In this document: positions 15,042-24,000 of the stretch, one piece after another | Numbering within the stretch: the first letter of the stretch is position 1 | Layout of the letters: each line of letters starts with the position of its first letter | NCBI GenBank assembly: GCA_942492135.1 | Contig: CALODI010000010.1 | Span: forward strand, 96,400-120,399 | Source of the DNA: an uncultured Peptostreptococcaceae bacterium | GTDB taxonomy: Bacteria; Bacillota; Clostridia; Peptostreptococcales; Peptostreptococcaceae | Length of the DNA stretch: 24,000 nucleotides | Reading direction: 5' to 3' | Position numbers and translations under genes: made by a program | Notes under the pieces: model-generated | The model's database searches: none | What the model was told of the DNA's origin: nothing | The model's input: the letters and a program-made list of their open reading frames with translations, nothing else

Positions 15042-17765
15042 ATGGATGATAGTAAAAAAATGAAACTTGCTGATATTTTGGCATCTAAAGGATTGTCAAT
15101 TAATTATCAGTATGGAGGAAGAGCTCCAGAGGAGATGGTTGATAGAGAAGTCAAAAAAGAACCAACTCCAAGAGCTAAGAGGTTAAGAGATATATTCTAT
15201 AATACATTATCAACTGCTAATATGGAGTTTCCTTATTGGTACAACCGTAAGTTTAATGAGCTTGAAGGCGAGATTACAGTAGTTAGAAGAGCTCTTGCTT
15301 TAAAAGAGGCATTTTCAAGACTTACACCAAATATTGTTCCTGGTGAAAAGTTAGTTATGCAAAAAACTTATAACTATAGGGGATCTTTTCCTATGCCATG
15401 GCTTTCCGAAAGCTTCTTCGTAGCCAAAGAAAGTGAACTATACAAAGCTGCTCTTGAATCAGGAAGTGCAAGTGCTGGCGAGTTAAGTGAATTCGGACAT
15501 GGTGGAGGAAATGTTACAAAGAGTTTTGGAAATGTAGTTTCTATTGCTGGTAAGTTTGGAATGAGAAAAGAAGAAATTCCTGTTCTTTTAAAAGTTGCTA
15601 ATGAGTGGGTAGGAAGATCGGTTGAGGATTTAGGACATAAATACGAAAAGATGGTTCCAGATTACGAGGTTAAAGAAAATATAATGAGAAGCTTAGTTTG
15701 TATGTTTGACTCAGGATTTACTCTACCTCAAGGAAGAGAAGTAATAAACTATTATTATCCTCTTCAATATGGATTTGACAAAATTATAGAAATGGCTAAG
15801 GAATGTAAAGATGAGGTTGCTGGAAATGCAGATGGAGATGGAGTAGCAGGAATGGACAGACTTTATTTCTATGATGCTGTAATTCATATTATAGATGGTC
15901 TTCAAACTTGGATATTAAACTACGCAAAACATGCAAGAAGACTTGAAAAAATAGCTAAGAATGAAGCAGATAAAAAAGAGTATATGGATATAGCTGACTG
16001 CTTAGAAAACATAGCTCATAAACAGCCATCTACATTCAGAGAAGCACTTCAATTATCATACATCCTACATATTGCAGTTTTAAATGAAGATGCAATATCT
16101 GGATTATCAATAGGAAGATTAGGTCAAGTACTATATCCTTGGTATGAGCAAGAGATTGAGGCAGGAAAGATAACTAAGGAAGAAGTATTAGAACTTTTAG
16201 AATTATATAGAATAAAAATTACATGTATAGACTGTTTTGCATCAACAGGAGTTGTTGGAGGCGTTTTATCAGGAAACACATTTAATAACTTAAGTCTTGG
16301 AGGACTTACTCATGATGGACAGTCTGCTACTAATGACTTAGAAATGTTAATTGTTGAAGCTGGTATAACATGTGGAACACCTCAGCCTACTTTATCAGTT
16401 CTTTATGATGAGAAACTTCCAGAAAAGTTCTTATTAAAATGTGTAGAATGTGATAAAACTGGTGCAGGATATCCAGCATGGATGAACAATAGAGGTGGAA
16501 TAGAATTCATGATGAATCAATATTCACCTGAGGGAATGACTATTGAAGAAGCTAGATCATTTGCAATAGGAGGATGTCTTGAAACATCACCAGGATGTTG
16601 GAAGGATCTTAAGTTAAATGGTAAGAAATATAAAATACCTGGAGGAGCAGGTCAACCTACAAGCGTTGGAGTTCACTTTGTAGCAAATCCTAAGGTATTA
16701 GAGTTAGTACTTACTAATGGAGTAGATAAAAGAACAGGAATCAAAGTATTTGAGCCTCATAATAGAAAGCTTGAAACTTATGAAGAACTAGTTGATACAT
16801 TCAAGATGTATTATGAAAAAGCAGTTGACGTTTTAGCTAAAACTAACAATGTACAACATGATATATGGCGTAAGCAGAATATGTCTGTTGTAAACTCTTT
16901 CTTAAAACCAGATTGTTTAGCTAAAGGACAGCATATAGGTAATATGGGATATAGATATAATGCTACATTTAACGTTGAAAGCTGCGGAACTGTAACTATG
17001 GTAAACTCATTAGCTGGAATCAAAAAAGTTGTATACGATGATAAGAAGTTTACTCTTGAAGAATTAACGGATGCTATGACAAACAACTTTGGATTTAAAA
17101 ATGCTCTTGAAACAAGAAATTTCTCGATGATGGATCAAGAAAAAATAGATAATAGTGGTAAATACGATGATATATATGGAGAATGTTTAATGGCTCCTAA
17201 GTATGGTAATGACAATTCTTATGCAGATAATATACTTAAGGGATATGAAGATTGGTTCTGTGAAATGTCAAAGACTGCAATGTCACTTTATGCAAAACCT
17301 ATGTATGCTTGTCAAATATCAGTTTCAACTCATGGAGCACAAGGTGCTGCAACACTTGCTACACCTGATGGAAGACTTGCAGGAACAACATATTCAGATG
17401 GTTCAATGTCTGCTTATCCTGGAACTGATAAGAATGGACCATATGCTTTATTTGAATCAGCTACAGTTTGGGATCATTCAAATTCTCAAAACTCTCAGAT
17501 GAACATGAAGATTCATCCAAGTGCATTAAGAGGAGAGCAAGGAACTAAGCATTTATTAGATTTAACACGCTCATATATGAGAAAAGGTGGATTCCACATA
17601 CAATACAATATTGTAGACTCTAAGATATTAAAAGATGCACAAGAAAATCCTGATAGCTACAGAGATCTTATGGTAAGGGTTGCAGGGTTTACACAATACT
17701 GGTGTGAAATAGGTAAGCCTATTCAAGATGAAGTTATTTCAAGAACAGAATATGAAGGAGTGTAG
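15042..17765 (+). CDS. hpdB: 4-hydroxyphenylacetate decarboxylase, glycyl-radical (large) subunit
   Basis: 907 aa with RBS aaggggg. Glycyl-radical motif RVAGFTQYW (Gly882) and thiyl loop GGCLE (Cys512, Glu514). Ser353, His545 and Glu646 align at a uniform +9 offset with the residues recalled for the C. scatologenes enzyme (S344, C503, E505, H536, E637, G873). It is followed by a small Fe-S subunit gene. Confidence 0.85.
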   Translation: MDDSKKMKLADILASKGLSINYQYGGRAPEEMVDREVKKEPTPRAKRLRDIFYNTLSTANMEFPYWYNRKFNELEGEITVVRRALALKEAFSRLTPNIVPGEKLVMQKTYNYRGSFPMPWLSESFFVAKESELYKAALESGSASAGELSEFGHGGGNVTKSFGNVVSIAGKFGMRKEEIPVLLKVANEWVGRSVEDLGHKYEKMVPDYEVKENIMRSLVCMFDSGFTLPQGREVINYYYPLQYGFDKIIEMAKECKDEVAGNADGDGVAGMDRLYFYDAVIHIIDGLQTWILNYAKHARRLEKIAKNEADKKEYMDIADCLENIAHKQPSTFREALQLSYILHIAVLNEDAISGLSIGRLGQVLYPWYEQEIEAGKITKEEVLELLELYRIKITCIDCFASTGVVGGVLSGNTFNNLSLGGLTHDGQSATNDLEMLIVEAGITCGTPQPTLSVLYDEKLPEKFLLKCVECDKTGAGYPAWMNNRGGIEFMMNQYSPEGMTIEEARSFAIGGCLETSPGCWKDLKLNGKKYKIPGGAGQPTSVGVHFVANPKVLELVLTNGVDKRTGIKVFEPHNRKLETYEELVDTFKMYYEKAVDVLAKTNNVQHDIWRKQNMSVVNSFLKPDCLAKGQHIGNMGYRYNATFNVESCGTVTMVNSLAGIKKVVYDDKKFTLEELTDAMTNNFGFKNALETRNFSMMDQEKIDNSGKYDDIYGECLMAPKYGNDNSYADNILKGYEDWFCEMSKTAMSLYAKPMYACQISVSTHGAQGAATLATPDGRLAGTTYSDGSMSAYPGTDKNGPYALFESATVWDHSNSQNSQMNMKIHPSALRGEQGTKHLLDLTRSYMRKGGFHIQYNIVDSKILKDAQENPDSYRDLMVRVAGFTQYWCEIGKPIQDEVISRTEYEGV

Positions 17766-17769
17766 AGAT

Positions 17770-18027
17770 ATGTTAAAACACAATGATTGTTTAAATTTTT
17801 CACCTATGGATGCTGCAAAGGGAATTTGTAGAGTTACAGGAAACGTAGTTAATATAGATTCTGATGTATGTGAAGCATTTGATCTGTGTCCTAAATGTAG
17901 AAATTGCTCTCACTTTAAAAACTCTGATAAAGATGAACTAGGAATGTGCACAGGTCTTGATAAAGATAACTGGACGTATGGAGATTTAAATGCTATAACA
18001 TGTAATGAACATGAGTTGGAAAAATAA
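17770..18027 (+). CDS. hpdC: 4-hydroxyphenylacetate decarboxylase small (gamma) subunit, Cys/His-rich Fe-S protein
   Basis: The track ORF starts at 17728 inside hpdB. ATG 17770 (MLKHNDCLNF...) lies 10 nt after GAAGGAG and 4 nt after the hpdB stop. It encodes 85 aa with an H-x2-C...C...C and CPKCRNC...C...C pattern. Confidence 0.8.
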   Translation: MLKHNDCLNFSPMDAAKGICRVTGNVVNIDSDVCEAFDLCPKCRNCSHFKNSDKDELGMCTGLDKDNWTYGDLNAITCNEHELEK

Positions 18028-18059
18028 TATAGCAACTAATTTGGAAGGATTGATATGGA

Positions 18060-19337
18060 ATGCTAGAGAACAGAGTAAGTGAAAAGGAAGCAAAACACCT
18101 AGGTTATATGGTAGTGCTTGCATCTTGGCTTGCAGTATTTTGTTTATTTGGTTATAGAGCTACTTTTTCTGTACTTCAAGGACCTATGGCAAAGGATCTG
18201 GGATGGAGTGCATCTAAATTAACTCTAGGTTATTCACTTATGATGAGCGTTTATGCAGTAACTGCATTCTTTAGTGGAATGATAATAGATAAATGGGGAA
18301 CTAAGCCTGCTTATTTTTTAGGTGCTTTAAGTGGTTCCTTAGGATTTCTGGTAACAAGCTTTGCCAAAACATATATGTCTTATTTGATTCCATATGCTGT
18401 ATTTGCAGGGATTGGAACTGGTATGCTTTGGGTATCGTCAACTGTATCGGTTAGAAAATGGTATGTAGGTAAGTCATATGCAACTATGTGGGGTATAGCT
18501 TTTATGGGAGCTCCTGTTGCACAGGTTGTACTAAGTCTTGGAGCTAAACAGGTTCTTGCAACTATGGACTGGAGATTTGCTATGAGAATATTATCTCTTG
18601 TAGTATTAATCGCTTTAATAATAGCTACTTGTGTTGCTAAGAAAAATCCTCAATACTATGGGCTTAAGCCTTTTGGTATGGACACAGTAAAAACTAAGAA
18701 AAATAATGTGAATGATAGAGAATGGAGTATAAAACAGGCATTTTCTACATTCCCTATATGGGGTGCTATAATAGCATTCTTGACTAGTATGGTTGCAGAG
18801 TTTTTAGTTTGGACTCAAATTGTAAAGTATTGGATGGCGGATTGTGATTTATCTTTATCTACAGCTACCAATCTTTATGTAGCAATAGGAATAGCTGGAA
18901 TACTTACAATGCCTTTAATGGGAGTTGTAGCAGATAAGATGGTTACAAAGTTAAACCATGAAACAAAGGGTAGAAAATATATGCTAATATTCGCGCCTTT
19001 AATGGGAGTTATAGCTTGTATTGCTTTGATGACAGGAAAAGGTGCAGTAACTCTTAGTATAGTATCTTGTATAATATTTGCTGTATACTGGGCTATCGAA
19101 CCTGGTGGAGTTGCAGGATATGCAGCATCTGTTTATGGAAATAAGACTTTCGGTAAGATATGGGGACTATCAACTCTTGTAGTTATGGGTATAGGACCAG
19201 CACTTGGAAGTTTTATGGGAGCTTATTTATATGACGTATCTGGAAGTTATTATAATTCACTAAAGTTTGCCATGGCATCATTCGCAGTATCTGCTATAGT
19301 GGCGATGCTTCTTCCATTATCTATAGATAAGGATTAA
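18060..19337 (+). CDS. MFS transporter embedded in the hpd operon (oxalate/formate-antiporter-like in general appearance)
   Basis: 425 aa, about 12 TM helices, with RBS ggaagga 10 nt upstream. It sits between hpdC and hpdA. Confidence 0.8.
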   Translation: MLENRVSEKEAKHLGYMVVLASWLAVFCLFGYRATFSVLQGPMAKDLGWSASKLTLGYSLMMSVYAVTAFFSGMIIDKWGTKPAYFLGALSGSLGFLVTSFAKTYMSYLIPYAVFAGIGTGMLWVSSTVSVRKWYVGKSYATMWGIAFMGAPVAQVVLSLGAKQVLATMDWRFAMRILSLVVLIALIIATCVAKKNPQYYGLKPFGMDTVKTKKNNVNDREWSIKQAFSTFPIWGAIIAFLTSMVAEFLVWTQIVKYWMADCDLSLSTATNLYVAIGIAGILTMPLMGVVADKMVTKLNHETKGRKYMLIFAPLMGVIACIALMTGKGAVTLSIVSCIIFAVYWAIEPGGVAGYAASVYGNKTFGKIWGLSTLVVMGIGPALGSFMGAYLYDVSGSYYNSLKFAMASFAVSAIVAMLLPLSIDKD

Positions 19338-19361
19338 AGTTAAACTAATTCAGAAACTATT

Positions 19362-19403
19362 AAGTTCTTATCTCCAGCCTTAAGAGGAAGGAGATAAGAA
19401 CTT
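19362..19403 (+). promoter_or_regulatory. 14-bp perfect hairpin between the MFS gene and hpdA (partial terminator, processing or stability element)
   Basis: aagttcttatctcc (19362-19375) pairs with ggagataagaactt (19390-19403) around a 14-nt loop. The tail ttagctttctg is only a weak U-tract. Confidence 0.5.
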
Positions 19404-19437
19404 TTAGCTTTCTGATAAATGAAATGAGGGATTTGAA

Positions 19438-20367
19438 ATGGATAAGGGTATAGTATTTGATATACAGAGTTTTTCAGTACATGATGGACCTGGATGTAGA
19501 ACTACGGTTTTTATGAATGGATGTCCTTTAAGATGTCAGTGGTGTGCAAACCCAGAAAGCTGGACTTTGAAGCCTCATATAATGTTTAGCGAAAGTAGCT
19601 GTAAATATAAAAAAGGATGTAGTATTTGTAAAGATTCATGTCCTCATGGAGCGCTTGAATTTGATGATATGCCGACATTGAATTGGAATATATGCAAAAG
19701 CTGTACTACATTTGAATGTAGTTTGAAGTGCTATTATGATGCATTTAAAGTATGTGGTAAAGAATACAGTGTTGATGAAATAATGAAAATACTAACTAGA
19801 GACTCTCATTCATGGAGTAGTGAAGGGGGGGTTACCTTTAGTGGAGGTGAGCCGTTACTTCAAAGTGAATTCTTGATTCAATTACTAAAAGAATGTAAAA
19901 ATAATTATATCCACACTGCAATTGAAACAACCGCATACAAAGATAATGAAACATTTTTAAATGTCATGGAGTATATAGATTTTGCATTTATAGATGTAAA
20001 ACATATCAACCGAGACATGCACAGAAAAAAGACTGGAGTATATAATGATATTATTTTAAACAACATTAGAACATTAAAGCAGAGTAAATGGAAGGGTAGA
20101 CTAATACTTAGGATGCCTGTTATAAGAGATTTTAATGACACATATCAAAATATAATTGATACCATCCAATTTATGAAAGAAAATGATTTGTTTGAAATAA
20201 ATATACTTCCATTTCATAGACTGGGAGAATCTAAGTGGAGACAACTAGGTAAAGAGTATAAATACAAGGATGAGGAGGGAACAGATTCTAAGAAGCTTGA
20301 AGAAATACAGGATTTGTTCTTAGAAAACCAAATAGCATGCTATATAGGAGATGACACCGCATTTTAA
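19438..20367 (+). CDS. hpdA: glycyl-radical enzyme activating enzyme (radical SAM) for the decarboxylase
   Basis: 309 aa. FSVHDGPGCRTTVFMNGCPLRCQWCANPES (CX3CX2C radical SAM motif) plus an inserted Cys-rich ferredoxin-like region (CKYKKGCSICKDSCP...CKSCTTFECSLKC). Confidence 0.85.
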   Translation: MDKGIVFDIQSFSVHDGPGCRTTVFMNGCPLRCQWCANPESWTLKPHIMFSESSCKYKKGCSICKDSCPHGALEFDDMPTLNWNICKSCTTFECSLKCYYDAFKVCGKEYSVDEIMKILTRDSHSWSSEGGVTFSGGEPLLQSEFLIQLLKECKNNYIHTAIETTAYKDNETFLNVMEYIDFAFIDVKHINRDMHRKKTGVYNDIILNNIRTLKQSKWKGRLILRMPVIRDFNDTYQNIIDTIQFMKENDLFEINILPFHRLGESKWRQLGKEYKYKDEEGTDSKKLEEIQDLFLENQIACYIGDDTAF

Positions 20368-20404
20368 CAAAATGGATAGACCTTTGGTCTATCCATTTTG
20401 TTTT
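20368..20404. terminator. bidirectional terminator between the convergent hpdA and MATE genes
   Basis: caaaatggatagacc (20368-20382) pairs perfectly with ggtctatccattttg (20386-20400). T-run on the plus strand, and A-rich (U-run on the minus strand) upstream. The right arm overlaps the last codons of the MATE gene. Confidence 0.7.
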
Positions 20405-21741
20405 GCCATTATATTCATTTCTTTTTTTAGCATAATACCTGTTATTATAGTTGATATAGCATCGGCCATAGGGAAAGTTATCCATACACCTAAAAGTGGA
20501 GGATTGATTACTCTAGGCAAAATAAGAATTAGTGGTGCAAATAATATTACCTGTCTTAATGCTGATAAAACAAGTGCTGGAATGGCTTTACCTATTGATT
20601 GATAAACTGAGCCTCCAACAGATTGAATTCCTATTACTGGCATGAATAAAAGTATTATTCTAAGAACTGTAGCGGATTCATCTACTAGTTTTGGATCAGT
20701 CAAGAATAGTCCCATAAGTTGCTTTGGAAATAACATACCAAAAATCACTGATGTAGTTGCAAATACAGTAGTCGATATTATAGCGTATTTTATAGATTTA
20801 TTAACTCTATCCATTTGTGAAGCACCGTAATTGTAGCCAACTAGTGGTTGAAGTCCCTGAACTATACCGAATAAAGGCATCATTAAAAACATCAATATTT
20901 TGAAAGACGCACCATAAATTGCAAATGCATCATTTCCGCCGTATATCTTAAGAGAGTGATTTAAAAGTATAGCTACAAAGCTACTAGCTATTTGTCTTGC
21001 AAAAGATGAAAATCCGATTGAAAATATTTGATTCAATATATTTTTATTTGGCTTATAATGATGAGCCCTAGGTTTCATATTTGTTTTATCACCTTTTAAG
21101 TAAAATATTACAAATAAAAATGAACAAAATTGAGATAATGATGTAGCAATAGCAGCACCCTTAATTCCCATTCCAAATCCGAATATAAATATAGGATCTA
21201 GTATTGTATTAAGTACAGCTCCTATAAGCATTGTAAACATAGCGGCTTTTGCATTTCCTTCAGCTCTTATAAGTGAGTTAGTAGACATAGCGAATTGATT
21301 GAATAAACTTCCTATCAATATAACGCTTACGTAATCTTTAGCATAAGGCATTATTTCAGTTGTTGCACCAAATAATAAAAGTATCGGATCTATAAATATA
21401 AGACCAATTGATACCATTAAAACACCTAAAACTATATTAGATAAGAATGCATTACCTACTACGCTTTCGGCTTTTTCATAGTCTTTTTCACCCAGAGCTC
21501 TTGAATATACAGAAGATGCCCCCATACCTACCATTTGAGCTACTGCTGTTAAAACCATTTGTATAGGAAATGCTACTGTAAGAGCTCCAAAAGCTAAAGG
21601 CCCTGCACCTTTACCTATAAATATACCATCTATTATATTGTATAGAGCACTTACTAAAAGCCCTATTATAGCCGGTAGCGATAATTTAAATAAAGTCTTT
21701 TTTATATCGCCAGTTTCTAACATTTGATTACGTTCGTTCAT
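20389..21741 (-). CDS. MATE-family multidrug/toxic-compound efflux transporter
   Basis: About 450 aa and 12 TM helices, with a typical MATE N-terminus (...LFKLSLPAIIGLLVSALYNIIDGIFIG). The start is moved from GTG 21750 to ATG 21741, 6 nt after AAGAGGTG, which lies within the marR 3' end. Confidence 0.85.
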   Translation of the reverse strand: MNERNQMLETGDIKKTLFKLSLPAIIGLLVSALYNIIDGIFIGKGAGPLAFGALTVAFPIQMVLTAVAQMVGMGASSVYSRALGEKDYEKAESVVGNAFLSNIVLGVLMVSIGLIFIDPILLLFGATTEIMPYAKDYVSVILIGSLFNQFAMSTNSLIRAEGNAKAAMFTMLIGAVLNTILDPIFIFGFGMGIKGAAIATSLSQFCSFLFVIFYLKGDKTNMKPRAHHYKPNKNILNQIFSIGFSSFARQIASSFVAILLNHSLKIYGGNDAFAIYGASFKILMFLMMPLFGIVQGLQPLVGYNYGASQMDRVNKSIKYAIISTTVFATTSVIFGMLFPKQLMGLFLTDPKLVDESATVLRIILLFMPVIGIQSVGGSVYQSIGKAIPALVLSALRQVILFAPLILILPRVINPPLLGVWITFPMADAISTIITGIMLKKEMNIMAKQNG

Positions 21742-21743
21742 AT

Positions 21744-22220
21744 TTAGCACCTCTTATTCTTTAAATGATTTGCAAGCTTTGTGTCTCCGGAGTATTCACA
21801 TGCATTTATAGTTAACTTTGTTAAAGTTTTTGTAAATTGTGCTATCTCATCATCTGATATTCCATCGGTTATTATATCCATCCATTTTATTGATGAATCG
21901 TATATCTGAGGTTGAACTTTGATAGCTTTTTCAGTTGGATATAGTCTATATGCTCTTTTATCATCTGGGTCTACTTTTCTTGCTACATAACCGTTTTCTT
22001 CTAATTTTTTAACACCTCGTGCTACATTTGCTTTATCTATTCTAAGTTTTTGGGCAACATCATCTTGAGTTATCCCTTCATGATGGTAAAGATATATCAA
22101 AATCATGTATTGACCTTTACCTATTGATAATTCTTTGAATTCATCATTAAAAAACATTTTGCCATATCTGTACAATATAGATATAGATTTGCCTATTATA
22201 TGTTTATCTTCATATTTCAA
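21744..22220 (-). CDS. MarR-family transcriptional regulator
   Basis: 158 aa. Winged-helix core (GQYMILIYLYHHEGITQDDVAQKLRIDKANVARGVKKLEENGYVARKVDPDDKRAYRLYPTEK). Its stop is 2 nt from the MATE start, which suggests a regulator-pump operon. Confidence 0.85.
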   Translation of the reverse strand: MKYEDKHIIGKSISILYRYGKMFFNDEFKELSIGKGQYMILIYLYHHEGITQDDVAQKLRIDKANVARGVKKLEENGYVARKVDPDDKRAYRLYPTEKAIKVQPQIYDSSIKWMDIITDGISDDEIAQFTKTLTKLTINACEYSGDTKLANHLKNKRC

Positions 22221-22290
22221 TTCAATCTCTCCTTTATTTAAGCAACGAAGTCAGTAGGACTTGTTGGCATCATGAGTTATTCATTAGCAT

Positions 22291-22357
22291 AAAATGATTT
22301 TTAGTTGCGATAACAACTAAAAATCATTTTAACATATAATTGTTGCGAATGCAACTA
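22291..22357. promoter_or_regulatory. twin palindromic operator boxes in the marR promoter region
   Basis: A 17-bp perfect inverted repeat: aaaatgatttttagttg (22291-22307) and caactaaaaatcatttt (22314-22330). Its core TAGTTGCGATAACAACTA (22302-22319) is repeated as TTGTTGCGAATGCAACTA (22340-22357). Confidence 0.5.
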
Positions 22358-22363
22358 AATAAA

Positions 22364-22400
22364 TAAAAAAATATAGTGGCTACGTTAGTAACCACTATAT
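22364..22400 (-). terminator. rho-independent terminator of the lipoprotein gene
   Basis: atatagtgg (22371-22379) pairs with ccactatat (22392-22400). On the minus strand the hairpin is followed by a U-run (plus-strand aaaaaaa at 22364-22370). Confidence 0.7.
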
Positions 22401-22414
22401 TTGAGATAGATAGT

Positions 22415-22957
22415 CTAATTAAAAGCATCAAGACGTTCTTTTGTTACTTCTAATATACCTTTTTCAGCACTTTTTATATTTTGAGTAGGTATATCTAAAA
22501 CATTCATATTCTCATCCATCCAAAGAACCATTTTTTCATTCTCAAATATGTGATTTGAAAAAGGGGCTTTATAGAATATTAACTTTCCATTCTTGAAGTA
22601 AGAAGAAGATAAACCATCCATTTTACCTGAATCATCTGCTTCTGTAGCTGTCAATTTCATTGGATGTCCATCTTTGCTCCAAAGAGAAAATGTTTGTTCT
22701 TCCCATCCTTCTTTTGTTGGAGGTAACTTCACTTCTTTTGTCTCATATGTATTTAATTCTTTATCAATCATTTCTACTTGAGCCATTACTATTTCATATA
22801 TATCCGTAGATTCATTCTTAGCAACTGACTCTTTTTCAACCAATTCATTTGTTATAGGTTTAGATTCTTGAGGATCTTCTACTTCTTCTTTTTTTGAACA
22901 TCCAACAGAAAGTATTAGTCCTAAGCTTAGAACTGAACATAACAATAGTTTCTTCAT
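22415..22957 (-). CDS. putative lipoprotein of unknown function
   Basis: The start is moved to ATG 22957 (MKKLLLCSVLSLGLILSVGCSKKEE), with GGAGG 7 nt upstream. Signal peptide with lipobox LSVGC. Confidence 0.75.
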   Translation of the reverse strand: MKKLLLCSVLSLGLILSVGCSKKEEVEDPQESKPITNELVEKESVAKNESTDIYEIVMAQVEMIDKELNTYETKEVKLPPTKEGWEEQTFSLWSKDGHPMKLTATEADDSGKMDGLSSSYFKNGKLIFYKAPFSNHIFENEKMVLWMDENMNVLDIPTQNIKSAEKGILEVTKERLDAFN

Positions 22958-23133
22958 GATACAACCTCCAGTATTTTGGCAATATTTTTGCATATACCAA
23001 TTATATTATATTTTTTATTTTATATAGTTACAATAAGATTACAAATATGATTTGTGAATAATAAGGATTTGTTAGAAAATAAAAATTTAGTATATAATAA
23101 TAGTAATAGATTTAATTTAAAAGGAGTTTGAAT

Positions 23134-24000
23134 ATGATTGATATACAAAAAAATATATTAAAAAGATATTTCGGATACGATAGATTTAGAAAAGGTCAAG
23201 AAGCGGTTATAGATAGTATAATACAAGGAAATGATACGATAGCGATAATGCCTACGGGTGCTGGTAAGTCTCTTTGTTATCAGGTTCCAGCTATGGCACT
23301 TCCAGGAATAACAGTAGTCATCTCTCCGTTAATATCATTGATGAAGGATCAAGTGGATACACTTAATGAAATAGGAATAAAATCAACATATATAAACAGT
23401 ACATTAACAAATATGGAGATAACAGAGAGATTATTTGATGCAAAGGATGAAGAATATAAACTAGTTTATGTTGCACCAGAGAGACTTAATTCAGGTGAGT
23501 TTCTAAACTTTTTAAATGAAGCAAAAGTATCTTTAATAGCAATAGATGAGGCTCACTGTGTATCTCAATGGGGACATGATTTTAGACCAAGCTATACAAG
23601 AATTAGCCAAACCATAGAGAATTTAGATAAAAGACCTATAGTTTGTGCATTTACAGCAACTGCCACAAGCGAAGTTAAAGATGATATAAAAAAATTATTA
23701 AAGCTTAGAGAGCCGAATGAATATATAAGCGGATTTGATAGAGAAAACCTAACATTCTCAGTTATGAGAGGAGAAAATACTAAAAAATTCATATGCGATT
23801 TTGTTGAAAATAATAAAGAACAAACTGGTATAGTATATACATCTACAAGAAAAGCAGCAGAATCTATATATGAAGTACTACTTAATAAAGGGTATAAAGC
23901 AGGTATATACCATGCAGGTCTTACAGATGAGCAAAGAACTCAAATGCAGGATGATTTTTCGTATGACAACATAAATGTTATTGTAGCAACTAATGCATTT
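23134..24000 (+). CDS. recQ: ATP-dependent DNA helicase RecQ (5' part; continues beyond the window)
   Basis: RBS aaggag 7 nt upstream. LKRYFGYDRFRKGQEAVI, MPTGAGKSLCYQVPA (Walker A), ISPLISLMKDQV and DEAHCVSQWGHDFRPSY (DEAH box). The frame is open to the window end, so it is absent from the ORF track. Confidence 0.9.
   Translation, partial: MIDIQKNILKRYFGYDRFRKGQEAVIDSIIQGNDTIAIMPTGAGKSLCYQVPAMALPGITVVISPLISLMKDQVDTLNEIGIKSTYINSTLTNMEITERLFDAKDEEYKLVYVAPERLNSGEFLNFLNEAKVSLIAIDEAHCVSQWGHDFRPSYTRISQTIENLDKRPIVCAFTATATSEVKDDIKKLLKLREPNEYISGFDRENLTFSVMRGENTKKFICDFVENNKEQTGIVYTSTRKAAESIYEVLLNKGYKAGIYHAGLTDEQRTQMQDDFSYDNINVIVATNAF

Noticed and set aside
15723-17502. ORFs 15723-15905(-), 16811-17086(-) and 17203-17502(+) within hpdB
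   Set aside because: They are embedded in, or out of frame with, a strongly supported 907-aa glycyl-radical enzyme gene.
19905-20830. ORFs 19905-20141(-), 20288-20485(-), 20351-20602(+) and 20642-20830(+)
   Set aside because: Shadow ORFs overlapping hpdA, the bidirectional terminator or the MATE gene.
23592-23792. 66-aa minus-strand ORF
   Set aside because: It lies antisense within the open recQ reading frame, which has Walker A and DEAH motifs.
1-24000. CRISPR array, tRNA or rRNA genes
   Set aside because: I saw no regularly spaced direct repeats and no cloverleaf-compatible or rRNA-like GC-rich segments. The only repeat family consists of the dispersed long hairpins.

Overview
Low-GC, Clostridia-like chromosomal window with three parts. 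(1) 293-5198: an aromatic amino-acid catabolic operon with a class-II aminotransferase, indolepyruvate:ferredoxin oxidoreductase IorA/IorB and an MFS transporter. (2) About 5200-12950: a mosaic accessory island. Its main item is an apparently intact IscB (OMEGA-type, Cas9-ancestor) RuvC/HNH nuclease gene, preceded by about 285 nt of structured non-coding sequence with its own promoter (candidate omega-RNA). The gene seems to need a non-AUG start. The island also holds a REC-PAS-GGDEF-EAL c-di-GMP protein, an IS1380-family element with ISEcp1-like CCTAGATT termini and an internally shortened transposase, and decayed fragments of a group II intron RT, an IS4-family transposase, a VirD4/TraG-like coupling protein and an IS6-family element. 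A family of about 200-bp long-hairpin repeats is present as 3 full copies plus 1 collapsed copy, with covarying stems and a conserved apical loop. (3) 13100-24000: four small, mostly membrane ORFs of unknown function; a 4-hydroxyphenylacetate decarboxylase (p-cresol) glycyl-radical operon hpdB-hpdC-MFS-hpdA; a convergent marR-MATE pair with twin palindromic operators; a lipoprotein; and the 5' part of recQ. No rRNA, tRNA or CRISPR array was seen. All calls come from reading the sequence and ORF translations, and no database search was run.
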